DNA of 63,516 nucleotides, filler included, from Octopus bimaculoides (Eukaryota): the NCBI RefSeq assembly GCF_001194135.2. It is 5 parts of 5 records of this genome, joined end to end, with 100 filler letters (N's around TTAATTAATTAA, not from the genome) between each part and the next. Parts side by side here need not be neighbours in the genome. Positions count along the whole stretch, not along the records: positions 14,195 to 34,560 come from NC_068996.1; positions 34,661 to 51,402 come from NC_068983.1; 3 more parts are not named here. One strand, written 5' to 3'. The notes below the pieces were generated by a model that searched no databases, had not been told where the DNA came from, and worked only from the letters and a program-made list of their open reading frames with translations. Shown piece after piece: positions 24,517 to 36,105 of the stretch. The translations under genes and the position numbers were made by a program. Numbering within the stretch: the stretch's first letter is position 1; every line of letters starts with the position of its first letter.

Positions 24517-25569
24517 AAGAACAAACAAGATGAGGACAAATATCCGTCAAATGTAAATAATGTACATAATGCACATAATTCCTCATCTCTTAAATACAGA
24601 ACTGTATTCAACAGATTTAAAGTTTTGATAGCTTTGTTCCCTAAATAAAATTATATAAACAGTGAATAAAACACAAATAGTATTTTTTTATTGTTTCATT
24701 AAATATACTTTAACTAAGTGTTTGCTGTTAATAACATTTCTAGTTCATAAAGAGTGAAAGATATTGAGCAATTAACAAATTAGAAAGTAATCTGTGAATT
24801 AAATTCTAATGCACTAAGACAAAGTATTGTGGTTTTCTTTCGTTGCTCTCACTTGTGGCCATGGTGGGCACCGATTTCACTATGGTTCTGGGTCAATTAG
24901 ATTAACGTTTATTTTATGTATCTCGGAAAGTGGATAACTGGACCGATTGCGAAGGGAAGCCAACTCAGACGGATATCAATCCCTAAGGCATTTTTCATTA
25001 CTTCCTTCCAGGACTGCCAACACATTCTGAAACACACATGGATATCAATCTATCTGTCCGCCTGTTTATGTGCCTGTCTGCTTGTCTATGTGCCTGTCTT
25101 CCTGTCTATGTACCTGTCTTCCTGTCTCTCTGTCTGCTTGTCTGTCTGTCTATCTGTCTGTCCATCCGTCCGTCAGTCTGTCTGTCTGTTTGTCTGTCTC
25201 TCTGTCTGTCTGTTTGTCTGTCTCTCTGTCTGTCTAAATATATGTATTTGTATATAAATGCTTGTATATGTGTGTATGTGTGTGTATGTGTGTTTGTGTG
25301 TGAGAGCGAGAGTATGCGTGTATATATATATATAAACATTAAATTAAATTGACTTAGATATTCTATAAACACAAATCAAGAATAGAAAAATATGCGTAAA
25401 ACCGTCCACGGGAATTGAGTTACTCTTCTGCTACAGTCCCCGATTGTGCTAACCTTTACACCAAAGCAACCAGGCACATTTCTTCCGCATGAAGTGTCAA
25501 GACACCATTGAATTTGTTTACGGCTTCCTCGTGTACCACACGAGAATCTTCGATATTCATAGCATTTAA

Positions 25570-25650
25570 CCCTAGGATATCTAGGCGTGAACTCACGTTT
25601 TATTTTTAATAAAAAATGAAATAATAAAATGATCTTTATGCAGCCTGGGG
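25570..25650. mobile_element. Possible 81-bp TTAA-flanked mini-MITE
   Basis: TTAA|CCCTAGGAT...AGCCTGGGG|TTAA; ends match 7/9. Confidence 0.3.
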
Positions 25651-25987
25651 TTAAGTGCAGCAAAATATAGAAGTTTCTCTTGTGTCAGGTGAGATAGATG
25701 TAAATAAAGTAGCTGGATTAGAGTTTTTGAAATGCACGGATTTGTTTAGAAGAAATGTGACTAGACGTTTTGGTGAAAAGGTAGCATGGTTATTTTGATA
25801 ACGACAGAAGCGTTGTTCGATTTTCAGGAGCAGTTCTATGAATATCTTTTCAACTATGCTAGGTACTATGATAAAAGGTTCAGAGAAATTTGCTATAGAG
25901 TGTCCAGAACATCTATTTTAGCGTAATGTTTATAATGAAACATTTTTAACTATGTTTCATATGTACATACGTAAGTGCGTATGTATG

Positions 25988-26021
<34 letters not shown>

Positions 26022-26094
26022 TGTATGTGTGTATATATGTATGTATGTATACGTATATATACACGCATATATAAACATATAAATATTTGTATGC

Positions 26095-26120
26095 ATGTGT
26101 ATGTGTGTGAGTGTGTGTGT

Positions 26121-26205
<85 letters not shown>
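26095..26205. repeat. (GT)n microsatellite
   Basis: Direct reading. Confidence 0.97.
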
Positions 26206-26206
<1 letters not shown>

Positions 26207-27313
26207 AAGATATTATTCACTTATGAGAAGAAAGAGGGAAAAGGTAAGAAGGTCAGAAATCGGACAGGAACGTTGTAGCGGTAGTTGAGAAGGGAAGCAG
26301 TGGTGCGTGTGTAGATGCAAGTGTAAGAGTGTCCCTGTGTGTGATACGTGTATGTAAATGTAGGGCGTTTGTATATGTATAAAGAATTAGAAGTGTGGAA
26401 GCTAAATATAGCGGCGTTGGTTAGTGAGGGTGTGGGCGTAAACGATAGAGGGATGGTGTGAAAATGATAATAAAAGGTGGTGATTGTTATGTGTGAGGGA
26501 ATAGGAATTTTAATGAAATAAATGATATGGTAAGAACAATGTAGAAGTGTTATTGACGTGCGTGCATTTGTATAGGAGTGTGAAAACCATTTTTGTAGCA
26601 AAGATGAAAAGTTTAAACTAAAATTTGAAATGAGAAAGAAAAACGTACCAAGTCTGTGAAATGTTGGGAATTCAAAGAATCTGATAAAAAATTACGCGAC
26701 GATGATAAGAGGTCCGGAGAAATTTGCTAGACTGTCCAGAAGTTGGTAAAAAACCTGGTAAAAAATACGAAGGAGAGGAGATTACTGTCAAAAAGAGGCT
26801 TGTGAAACCCACGAAAAGGAGATAAGAGGAGATAACTACGATCTATATAGGTGTAAAGCCAGACATGAGGCATGCAGTGTAAAGGGTAAATGATGGAGTG
26901 GAAAGAATTTGTCCTTTCTGAGAGAAGAGGAGATAGTAACGAAATGGAACCAGTAAGAGTTTCAGTGAGTTTTTATATGGTTGTTATCAAGTTAAAAAGT
27001 CAGTAGTAGTAAAGAAGACATGACAACTTGACGGACTGTCGGAAAAAAGGGTTGATTTAAAGCGGCCAACTAACATGATGCCGAAGTATAGATGATTGTA
27101 TGTGTGTGTGGTTATGTAGATGTACATATATGTATATGTACAAATTTTTTTTTGTATATATACACACGCTGATATATGACCTACGTCAGACTCTTTATTC
27201 GCATAATCACCGAACCTGAAGCTTAACTATGGTCTATCCATAGCACTTACTCAGCATTACCTGACACTTTTGGGTCTTACTGACACCAGTACTTCTCACA
27301 GCCTATATATGCA

Positions 27314-27346
<33 letters not shown>

Positions 27347-27390
27347 GTGTGTGTGTGTGTGTAGGTAGGTAGGTATGTATGTATGTATGT

Positions 27391-27712
27391 CCTTTGCTGG
27401 CCTCAAATCTCATCTGCGAACGCATGGAAAAGGAACGTCCACCAACTATTCTGCCTATATATATGTGCAGACCTTTGAATGCAGTGTATTCCAGAAGGTT
27501 TTCAAATGCAACAGAGGCCTCAAAAGACATTTTAAGACCCACAAAGAGCAGAACGTATCTGTAGCTCTTGGTGGTCCATATCAGATATGCAATCTATGTG
27601 GGTGTCTTTTCAGGACATTGTCTGGTTTAAAAAGCCACATCAGATGCCATGATGTTTCTAAAATATATGTACAGGAGGTGGTCAAACTCTGCATTAAGAG
27701 TAGACAACCACC
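27391..27712 (+). mobile_element. LINE 3' end encoding three C2H2-like zinc fingers
   Basis: FAGLKSHLRTH / FECSVFQKVFKCNRGLKRHFKTH / CNLCGCLFRTLSGLKSHIRCH, then CAGGAGGTGGTCAAACTCTG..AGTAGACAACCACC; second copy at 55285-55488. Confidence 0.7.
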
Positions 27713-29131
27713 ATGTATATACTCAAATATGAAGTACAAGCAGCACGAGTGATATTAACATTATCGACCAGATATACTTAACGTATGTGCTTTTTTTCCG
27801 GGTATACACAAATTATATGTTATAAGTATGTATAGTCGATAACGTTTGTATGTGTGTGTGCGTGCGTGCGTGTGTGTGTGTGTGTGTGTGTGTAGTGTGT
27901 GTGTGTGTGTGTGGTGTGTGTGTGTGTATCTGTTCATACATTATGTATATGTATATTAAATGTACATACCACGATGAAACTTCTGCATGATCACTTGACC
28001 TGCTCAAAATAACAATATTCAGGAGAAGGTCGGTCAGAGTGGTAATGGATAGAAGTTCTTTAATCTCCTAAGTCAGGGATGATCTGGCGAACAAAAACCC
28101 TTATCCGTATCATCAGTAATAACTGTAATCACAAAGAACAACAATTAGAGAAGAGAGTGCAAGTGTCGTTATATTTCGAATTTGACCCATATTCGGAAAT
28201 CTTTAGTGTCTATGTAAGAAGATTTAGTAAATACCATCTTTGCTACTCATGTTGCAGCTTGATTTATCGAGCAGGTACTAGCACAGGAGTTACTTTAATA
28301 ACTATTCACTTAGTTTATATAATATATTTAAAAAATAAAAATAATAATAATAGTAGTATTAATAATATATCAGATATTACGTCACACACTAATAAATCAA
28401 TGGAGATTTCACACAAAAGAAGTCTTTATACTTATCATAACAACAAAAACATCTTTCAACCGAAACATTATAACTTTATATCAAGCGAATCAATGATTCT
28501 AACCTTTTAAAGAACTGGTCTACATTTCAATTTCTCTAAAATACGAAGAGAAAAGAGATTCGGTTGCTTCCATTGAATAAGATAAATCATAATTTCACCG
28601 TTAATGTGGTTAAATAAAAAATAATAAATGAAAAAAGAAAGAACTAATAAGCTTGCCTAAGTAATGGGAAGAAATTATATTACAAGAATCATGCATATAC
28701 ACAAACACACGCGCGTGCACACACACACATACGGTGCAGATACATATACACGCATACATACATGTACTTACATATATACATACACACACACATATATGTA
28801 TAGAAGCATAGAATTATATATGTGTGTGTGAGTATATACATAATTATAAGTTTGAATTAAGTGTGCGTATATACACACATTCTCACACATACACACACAT
28901 TTACATGTATGTATATGTATGTGTATATATATACACACACACACGCTTATACATTCAGGAGAAGTTATGGTATATAAAACCTGAAAATGGCCGGAAGTAG
29001 AATAGTTTCTGAACGCATTAGTAATTCAGAAATAGACAGTATTATTAATATAAATAAGAATCCAACAACATCATAGACAATAAATTAGAACTTACTTACA
29101 AAGGCAAGACACTGAATTGCCGTATGAAAAC

Positions 29132-29187
<56 letters not shown>
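29132..29187. repeat. (TAA)n microsatellite
   Basis: Direct reading. Confidence 0.95.
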
Positions 29188-29636
29188 TTAATCGAATGAC
29201 TGTGCTGGCTGGGTAACTGTCGTGTAGTCCTTAGTCATGCGGTATTCACAATCTAATACAATACATCGACAGTGTTGTAGAAATATTGCATTGTTCAGAA
29301 TATCATAACGCGAAAGGAATATGAAATAAGGAGAACAAGATAATATACAATAAGCAAAGTTTAAACTGAACGATCTTGGTCATTTGTGGGTCTTTTCATT
29401 TCAGTTTTATCCAGGTCTAATTGACATCTGGGGTTGAATGCTCGCATACAAACGTACACACGCGAAGGCGACATTTGAGAAAGTCCAGGCATAAAACTAC
29501 CGTCGAGCTGATAGGGAGACTCTATGAGGTCGCTTCGCTTGTTAGAAACAGCAACCAAACCTCCCCAACGTCGGAGTCGACTGTTATAGACAGGGTCACT
29601 CGTAGAGGTGGATAATATGATCCTGAGATCGATATC

Positions 29637-29729
29637 AATAAGGAAAAGTGACTAGATGGCCACGGGGAATAAGAAAAAGTGACTAGATGGCCACGATGAT
29701 TATTGAAAAGTGAATAGATGACCGTTGAC
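29637..29729. repeat. Three-copy 31-bp tandem repeat
   Basis: AATAAGGAAAAGTGACTAGATGGCCACG twice plus one diverged unit. Confidence 0.85.
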
Positions 29730-30164
29730 AATGGTTCTATTCGATCAAAATGGATTAGACGAAAGAACACGTCATCAGATATGAAGATAAGAATATCAGC
29801 TACATCAAAAACAATAATTAGCAACAAGCGTAACAAAAAGAAAATCATAAACATTAATAAGAGAAACCAAAACAAAACCAGCAGCAAATAACCAATCATA
29901 AGAAACAAACACAACCTCTACAAAATACCTATAAATAAATAAATAAAATCCCAACACACCATCTAGTAAGTAACTATGGAGAGGACTGTATTTCTAGAAA
30001 CAGTCAGTAGTTCATTCAGCCAATCTCCATCAGTTTATATTGTGTCAAGGATTATTCACTTTTCTTGAAACATGTTTAATACATATATGTACATGACGAG
30101 TATAACGATTTCTGAAACGTACATACAACGACACTATTTAATTTATAGCGCATTGCAATATTTA

Positions 30165-31690
30165 TGATTGTGGTGTATGGTAGTTTTGAGGTGGTACGGT
30201 ATATATATATATATATATATAATAGCATTGGTGTGGTGTATGGTAATATTCTGCTCTTGTATGGTTGTGTTGATGGGGTGTATGGTAGTGTTGGTTTGGT
30301 GTATGGTCATGTCGGTGTGATGTATAGTAGGGTTGCTGCGGTGTGTGATAGTGTTGGTATGGTGTATTGTAGTGTTGGTGTAGTGTATGGTAGGGTTGGT
30401 GTGGTGCACGGTAGTGTTTGTGTGGTGTATGGTAGTGTTGATGAGGTGTATGGTAATGTTGGTGTGGTGTATGGTAGTGTTGTTGTGGTGTTTGGTAGAG
30501 TTAGTTTGGCGTATGGTAGTGTTGGCATTATGTATGATAGTGTTGATGTGCTGTATGGTTGTGTTGCCGTGGAATATGGTAGTGTTGGCTTGGTGTATGG
30601 TAGTGTTGGCGTGGTGTATGGTAGTGTTGGTGTGGTGTATGGTAGTGTTGGTGTGGTGTATGGTAGTGTTGGTGTGGTGTATGGTAGTGTTGGTGTGGTG
30701 TATGGTAGTGTTGGTGTGGTGTATGGTAGTGTTGGTGTGGTGTATGGTAGTGTTGGTGTGGTGTATGGTAGTGTTGGTGTGGTGTATGGTAGTGTTGGTG
30801 TGGTGTATGGTAGTGTGGGTGTGGTGTATGGTACGGTTGCTGTGGAACATTGTAGTGTTAGTGCTGTGTATGGTTGTCTTCCTGTGGTGTATGGTAGTGT
30901 TGGTGTGGTGCATAGTTGTGTCGGTGTGGTGCATGGTAGTATTGGTGTAGTGTATGGTAGTGTTGGTGTGGTGTATGGTAGTGTTGGTATGATGTGTGGT
31001 AGTGATGGTTTGGTGTATGGTAGTGTTGCTGTGGTGTATAGTTGTGTTAGTGTTGTGCATGGTAGTGTTGGTGTAGTATATGGTAGTGCTCGTGTGGTGT
31101 TTGTGTTGTGGTGTATAGTTGTGTCGGTGTGGTGTATGGAAGTGTTGTTTTAGTGTATTGTTGTGTTGGCGTGGTGTATGCTAGTGTTAATGCGATGTAT
31201 GGTTATGTGAATGTGGTGTATGGCAGTGACAGTATGGTGTATGGTAGTGTTGGTATGACGCATGTTATGTTGTTGTGTTGTATCGTAGTGTTGGTGTAGT
31301 GTATTATAGTGTTGGTGTTGTATATGAAAATGTTGTTGTGTATGACAGTGTTAATGTGGTNNNNNNNNNNTGACGCATGTTATGTTGTTGTGTTGTATCG
31401 TAGTGTTGGTGTAGTGTATTATAGTGTTGGTGTTGTATATGAAAATGTTGTTGTGTATGACAGTGTTAATGTGGTGTATGATAGTGTTTTTTTTTTTTGG
31501 TGTATGTTATTTTTGTGATGTAGGGTAATGTTTTTTATGGTGTATGATAGTGTTGGAGTTTGTGTATAGTTCTGTCGAAGTGGTGCATGGTAGTGTTGGT
31601 CTGGCGTATTATATATTGATGTGGTGTATGTTAGTGTTGGGGTTCGGGTATGGTTATGTTGGTGTGCTGTATGGTAGTGGTGTTGGTATG
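30165..31690. repeat. 21-bp minisatellite (GGTAGTGTTGGTGTGGTGTAT)n
   Basis: Homogeneous core near 30610-30810 with diverging flanks; accounts for the GSVGVVY, HHTNTTI and WCMVVLV ORFs. Confidence 0.95.
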
Positions 31691-32439
31691 TGGCAATCAT
31701 ATGCAGCAAGATTTCTTTTTCTATTATGCGTAACTCTTTTTCTCTTGGAATTATCATTAAAGAAAGCAGGTAGTAAGAGAGTGTGAGTGGAGAATGCAGA
31801 AAGAGAGACAGTATGGAAGGGCGAGGGAGCGAGACAGACAGACAGATAGAAGAGAGAGCAAGTGGGAGAGATATAGTGACTGAGTGAAAAGTGAAGAGAA
31901 ATTCTTGCAGTTGATATTTAACATTTAATGCACGACATTTATGATGGTACGTTTCTCCATTTCTTTCAGTCATATTCCTACCCTCAGTACTTGTTGTCTC
32001 GTATGATTCTTTTTTACTCGATATACCAAGCCTCGTTTGCCTTTCTAATTATTTCTATTATTTCAGAAGCAAGAATGTGTCTGTTTCTTTCCTCTTCTGA
32101 CATCTTGGCTTTCGAAATCAATCGTTAAGTATTTGATTGATATACTTAAGCAGCAGGACGTCTTTATTTATTGTAAGAATCAATTGTAGAAGTCCATTAG
32201 CATATTATCTTGGAAAATTATGGTAACATTTAGTCATGTTATAATTGCTTGGATAAATCTTTTGCCAATATCGAGATTCCTATCATTTCTCATTGCTTTT
32301 AACTGACTTCACTGATTTTATTAAGGGAATGCATTATTCTATCTACACTAAATATTTTCCTTAATATCCTTTTATCCTTTTATGTCTTAAAGTTATTGGA
32401 ATCCTGCCATACTAGGGTACCGTCTCCAAAATTTTTGTC

Positions 32440-32570
32440 GAACAAATAGAACCTAGTACTTATAATTTTATCGGTTCTTTTTTTCGAACCGCTATATTAC
32501 ATGGACGTAAACAAACCAACAATTGACTTCCAAACCGGCATGAGGGGAGGGGAATCAATGAAACACACCC
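32440..32570 (-). mobile_element. SINE family A fragment
   Basis: CCTAGTACTTAT...CGAACCGCTATATTACATGGACGTAAACAAACC. Confidence 0.65.
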
Positions 32571-33596
32571 ACGTATAGATGCACACACAAGCGCGCGCGT
32601 CCACACAGACACACAGGCGCATACACACGAACACACAAGCGCACACACATACATAGATATGTATAGAGATAGATGAATAGGTACATTGAGAAATAGAGAA
32701 ATATTCATATATATATATATATANNNNNNNNNNNNNNNNNNNNNNNNNNNNNNNNNNNNNNNNNNNNNNNNNNNNNNNNNNNNNNNNNNNNNNNNNNNNN
32801 NNNNNNNNNNNNNNNNNNNNNNNNNNNNNNNNNNNNNNNNNNNNNNNNNNNNNNNNNNNNNNNNNNNNNNNNNNNNNNNNNNNNNNNNNNNNNNNNNNNN
32901 NNNNNNNNNNNNNNNNNNNNNNNNNNNNNNNNNNNNNNNNNNNNNNNNNNNNNNNNNNNNNNNNNNNNNNNNNNNNNNNNNNNNNNNNNNNNNNNNNNNN
33001 NNNNNNNNNNNNNNNNNNNNNNNNNNNNNNNNNNNNNNNNNNNNNNNNNNNNNNNNNNNNNNNNNNNNNNNNNNNNNNNNNNNNNNNNNNNNNNNNNNNN
33101 NNNNNNNNNNNNNNNNNNNNNNNNNNNNNNNNNNNNNNNNNNNNNNNNNNNNNNNNNNNNATAAACATAATTAAGGGATCAGCAACAGTTGCTTCACCAA
33201 CCTACATAGGCCAGCCAGTCCACTATTCCTCCTCAAGAAATTACCATGTGCATCACAAGCAATACCGCAGAAAATCTGCGGTTTACTATCAGGGAGTGAA
33301 TAATTATTACAATTAAAAGGGTAAAGGTTTATCAATTTATTAATTTATTAATAAATTAACAATTAATAATTTTTACCAAGCCCTTCGGTATGTAAACACC
33401 ATTATCGGTGGAGAACTTATTTAAAAGTCCTTATACATTTATAAACATAATTAAGGGATCAGCAACAGTCGCTTCACCACATACCGAAGTTCAGAAATAG
33501 CAGCTAAAATGCTGAGACTCCAACAGATAGCATTACTTGTAACGCACAAAGGCAAAGCAAGAAGAAAAAACAATGAAAACTAACCAATCGAAGTTA

Positions 33597-33654
33597 ATCA
33601 TAGACACGTTTCTGGCTTAGGAGCGCTCACACTCCATTTCCTCATCAGTATGAT
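33597..33654 (-). ncRNA. Type I hammerhead ribozyme motif (antisense arm)
   Basis: ATCATA-CTGATGA-GG..GGAGTG/CGCTCC..CC-A-GAAA-CGTG-TC-TATGAT; the stem III palindrome is mutated. Confidence 0.65.
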
Positions 33655-33805
33655 ATTCTAGTTATAAATTCGACAGTGCTTGAGGAGGAATAGTGGACTG
33701 GCTGGCCTATGTAGGTTCGGAGGTGTTTTGAAGTTGTGCCGATGCATGATGTTCACTCTGTCATGCATGCACAATTGCTAGCACCGTCGAATTTACAACT
33801 AGAAT

Positions 33806-33863
33806 ATCATACTGATGAAGAAATGGAGTGTTATTGCTCCTAAGCCAGAAACGCGTCTATGAT
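33806..33863 (+). ncRNA. Type I hammerhead ribozyme motif
   Basis: Stem I ATCATA/TATGAT, CTGATGA, partly eroded stem II (GGAG/CTCC), GAAA, palindromic ACGCGT stem III, GUC triplet. Confidence 0.72.
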
Positions 33864-34028
33864 TAACTTCGACTGGTTAGTTTTCATTGTGTTTTCTTCT
33901 TGTTTTGCCTTTGTGAGTTACAAGTAATGCTATCTGTTGGAGTCTCAGCATTTTAGCTGCTATTTCTGAACTTCGGTATGTGGTGAAGTAACTGTTGCTG
34001 ATCCCTTAATTATGTTTANNNNNNNNNN

Positions 34029-34179
34029 AATATATTCTAATTATTTATAATATAATATAGGATAAAATCTTTATAAGAATTTATCAAGTAGTCATTATGA
34101 GGTTTTTTCACGCTGACTACTTGATAAATTCTTATAAAGATTTTATCCTATATTATATTATAAATAATTAGAATATATT
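34029..34179. repeat. Perfect 66-bp inverted repeat with 19-nt loop
   Basis: 34029-34094 is the exact reverse complement of 34114-34179; the left arm abuts a 10-N gap. Confidence 0.92.
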
Positions 34180-34560
34180 CAGTGCTGAATATTATTCTGT
34201 ATAAGCACATGTTACTGAGATGCAACCGGATCAATTCAAATCTCTTTCACAGATATATAATGATGGACAGAAGTCATTCGTACTATGTTGGGTACAAAGC
34301 GGTATGTTGATTCTTGTTTATTTTTATGTGTCTTGACCATATGTGTACTGATGAACAAAAGATGCAGCTTACTTCACAGTTTTTGCTGTATTGATTGAGA
34401 AACCAGTGGTTTACCGTTAAGTTAAATGATTTTAAGAGATTAATTTTGAAAGCTGCATTCCCTCGCTTTCGGTAAATATGTTGCTTATTTTTGGGTAGTT
34501 TTTGACTTATTTAGTCCCTCTAAGCGTGAGGCATTACTATATAGTTAATGCCCTTATATA

Positions 34561-34660
34561 NNNNNNNNNNNNNNNNNNNNNNNNNNNNNNNNNNNNNNNN
34601 NNNNTTAATTAATTAANNNNNNNNNNNNNNNNNNNNNNNNNNNNNNNNNNNNNNNNNNNN
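34561..34660. other. Artificial scaffold-join spacer
   Basis: 44 N + TTAATTAATTAA + 44 N. Confidence 0.9.
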
Positions 34661-35231
34661 ATATATATATATATATATATATAGGATTATAATATATATA
34701 CTGTTGACTATTGAGTAAAAAATGCATTGTATTCCTTATTTAGCAGTCGATACAAACTCCTGGTTATCTACACTTTAAGATTGGTTTGCTGGTGCAGAAA
34801 ATCCAGGTGCTTACCACTTATATAACTGGTGTCTAAGAAATGATGATATTGATGGCAGTCATAGTACAAAAGGCATTTATAAAATGTTTGATAGTAATAA
34901 AAAGCCAATGAACATAGTGATGAGTATTATAAGAGTTCAGATAAAAACAAGGTGATAGATGAGGAGGGACAATATAATGATGAACATAAAATGTAGGGAC
35001 TTACATAGAATGGAATGACAGAAAGAAAAACAATACTCAGTATACAATATAAACAAAAGTAGTATACATAGTATACATTAAAGGAAATGGTGACAGTGAT
35101 GAGATAGAGGAGGATCCTCTAGGGTTAATCAAGGAACTTCACCAACCAAAATCTCCCTAAACCCCAAGGGCAAGTGCCATATTCATTTCCTGTTCTCCAA
35201 CTCACAATTCTATACTTAGAGTGGTGGCATT

Positions 35232-35468
35232 CTCTTTTATTTCTTTATTGCCCACAAGGGGCTAAACATAGAGGGGACAAACAAGGACAGACAAAGGGAT
35301 TAAGTCGATTACATTGACCTCAGTGCGTAACTGGTACTTAATTTATCGACCCCGAAAGGATGAAAGGCAAAGTCAACCTCAGCTGAATTTGAACTCAGGA
35401 TGTAACGGCAGACGAAATACTGCTAAGCATTTTGCCCGGCGTGCTAACGTTTCTGCCAGCTCGCCGCC
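35232..35468 (-). mobile_element. SINE family B, full length and young, inserted in the Tx1 3' end
   Basis: Head GGCGGCGAGCTGGCAGAAACGTTAGCACG...TGAGTTCAAATT (A/B boxes) and core TTTGCCTTTCATCCTTTCGGGGTCGATAAATTAAGTACCAG; CpGs retained. Confidence 0.92.
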
Positions 35469-36105
35469 ATATTTAACCACTTTCACCCACCTTTAGATAA
35501 ATTCACTGAAGAACAGCACTACTTTTTACATCCTCAATTTCCTTTCCTATTGAAACTTGAAAATGTCAATGAGGTATCTACCAAAGAGGAAAGTTTCTGT
35601 CTGCATACCTTTCAGCCTCATCCATTGGACAGCCTCTTTCACCTTAGCCACCACACAAAGGAAAACTGCCTTACCTGCCTGGTTAAAGGAGGGTGACAGG
35701 GCAGTCATCACTATGGACTTGGCTGATAGCTGGATCTGTTCCACACTTTACAGCAGCTATTCAATATAGCTCCACAAGTTGGCAATACTCAGACACTGAA
35801 TGAGTGCATGCAGAATGATTTCTTTGAGTAACATGTGTCTTGGACCAGTCTATCTGGTGACACGTCTGTACCTGTAGAGTTTATCTCTACTAGGCCAAGA
35901 CCTTCTGGAAATTATCTGTGGTAGTTGCCAACTGGAAAGTCCTCTGGAACAGATTAGCCAGTTCATTTTCATCAATACCCAGTCTTGCTGAGGACAATGT
36001 TACACTTCCCCACCACTAATCCTCTATAGACTGCTAAAGTGGAACATCCACTGATCCCACTACCCAACTAGCTGTGGATAGTGAGCACTTGACAACACTG
36101 TAGAT

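Larger units (their letters stand above)
24074..24570. mobile_element. Penelope-like inverted pseudo-LTR pair enclosing a tRNA-like fragment and (TAA)n
   Basis: Arms 24074-24182 and 24461-24570 are inverted (~10 differences in 110 bp) and each contains a hammerhead motif. Confidence 0.75.
33161..34018. mobile_element. Penelope-like pseudo-LTR mosaic with 233-bp inverted arms
   Basis: Arms 33442-33674 and 33786-34018 (~12 differences); 33161-33199 repeats 33441-33479; 33199-33237 is the exact reverse complement of 33679-33717; each arm holds a hammerhead. Confidence 0.8.

Noticed and set aside
26220-27100. Purine-rich stretch as a decayed LINE
   Set aside because: No RT or endonuclease motif could be read with confidence.
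27375-27752. Host C2H2 zinc-finger gene
   Set aside because: The ATG is supplied by a microsatellite, one Cys is lost, and a second dispersed copy shares the 3' UTR, so it is a LINE tail.
29637-29729. CRISPR-like direct repeats
   Set aside because: No unique spacers, eukaryotic context and no cas genes.
31256-31475. Exact 105-bp direct duplication around a 10-N gap
   Set aside because: Typical unmerged contig overlap inside a minisatellite.
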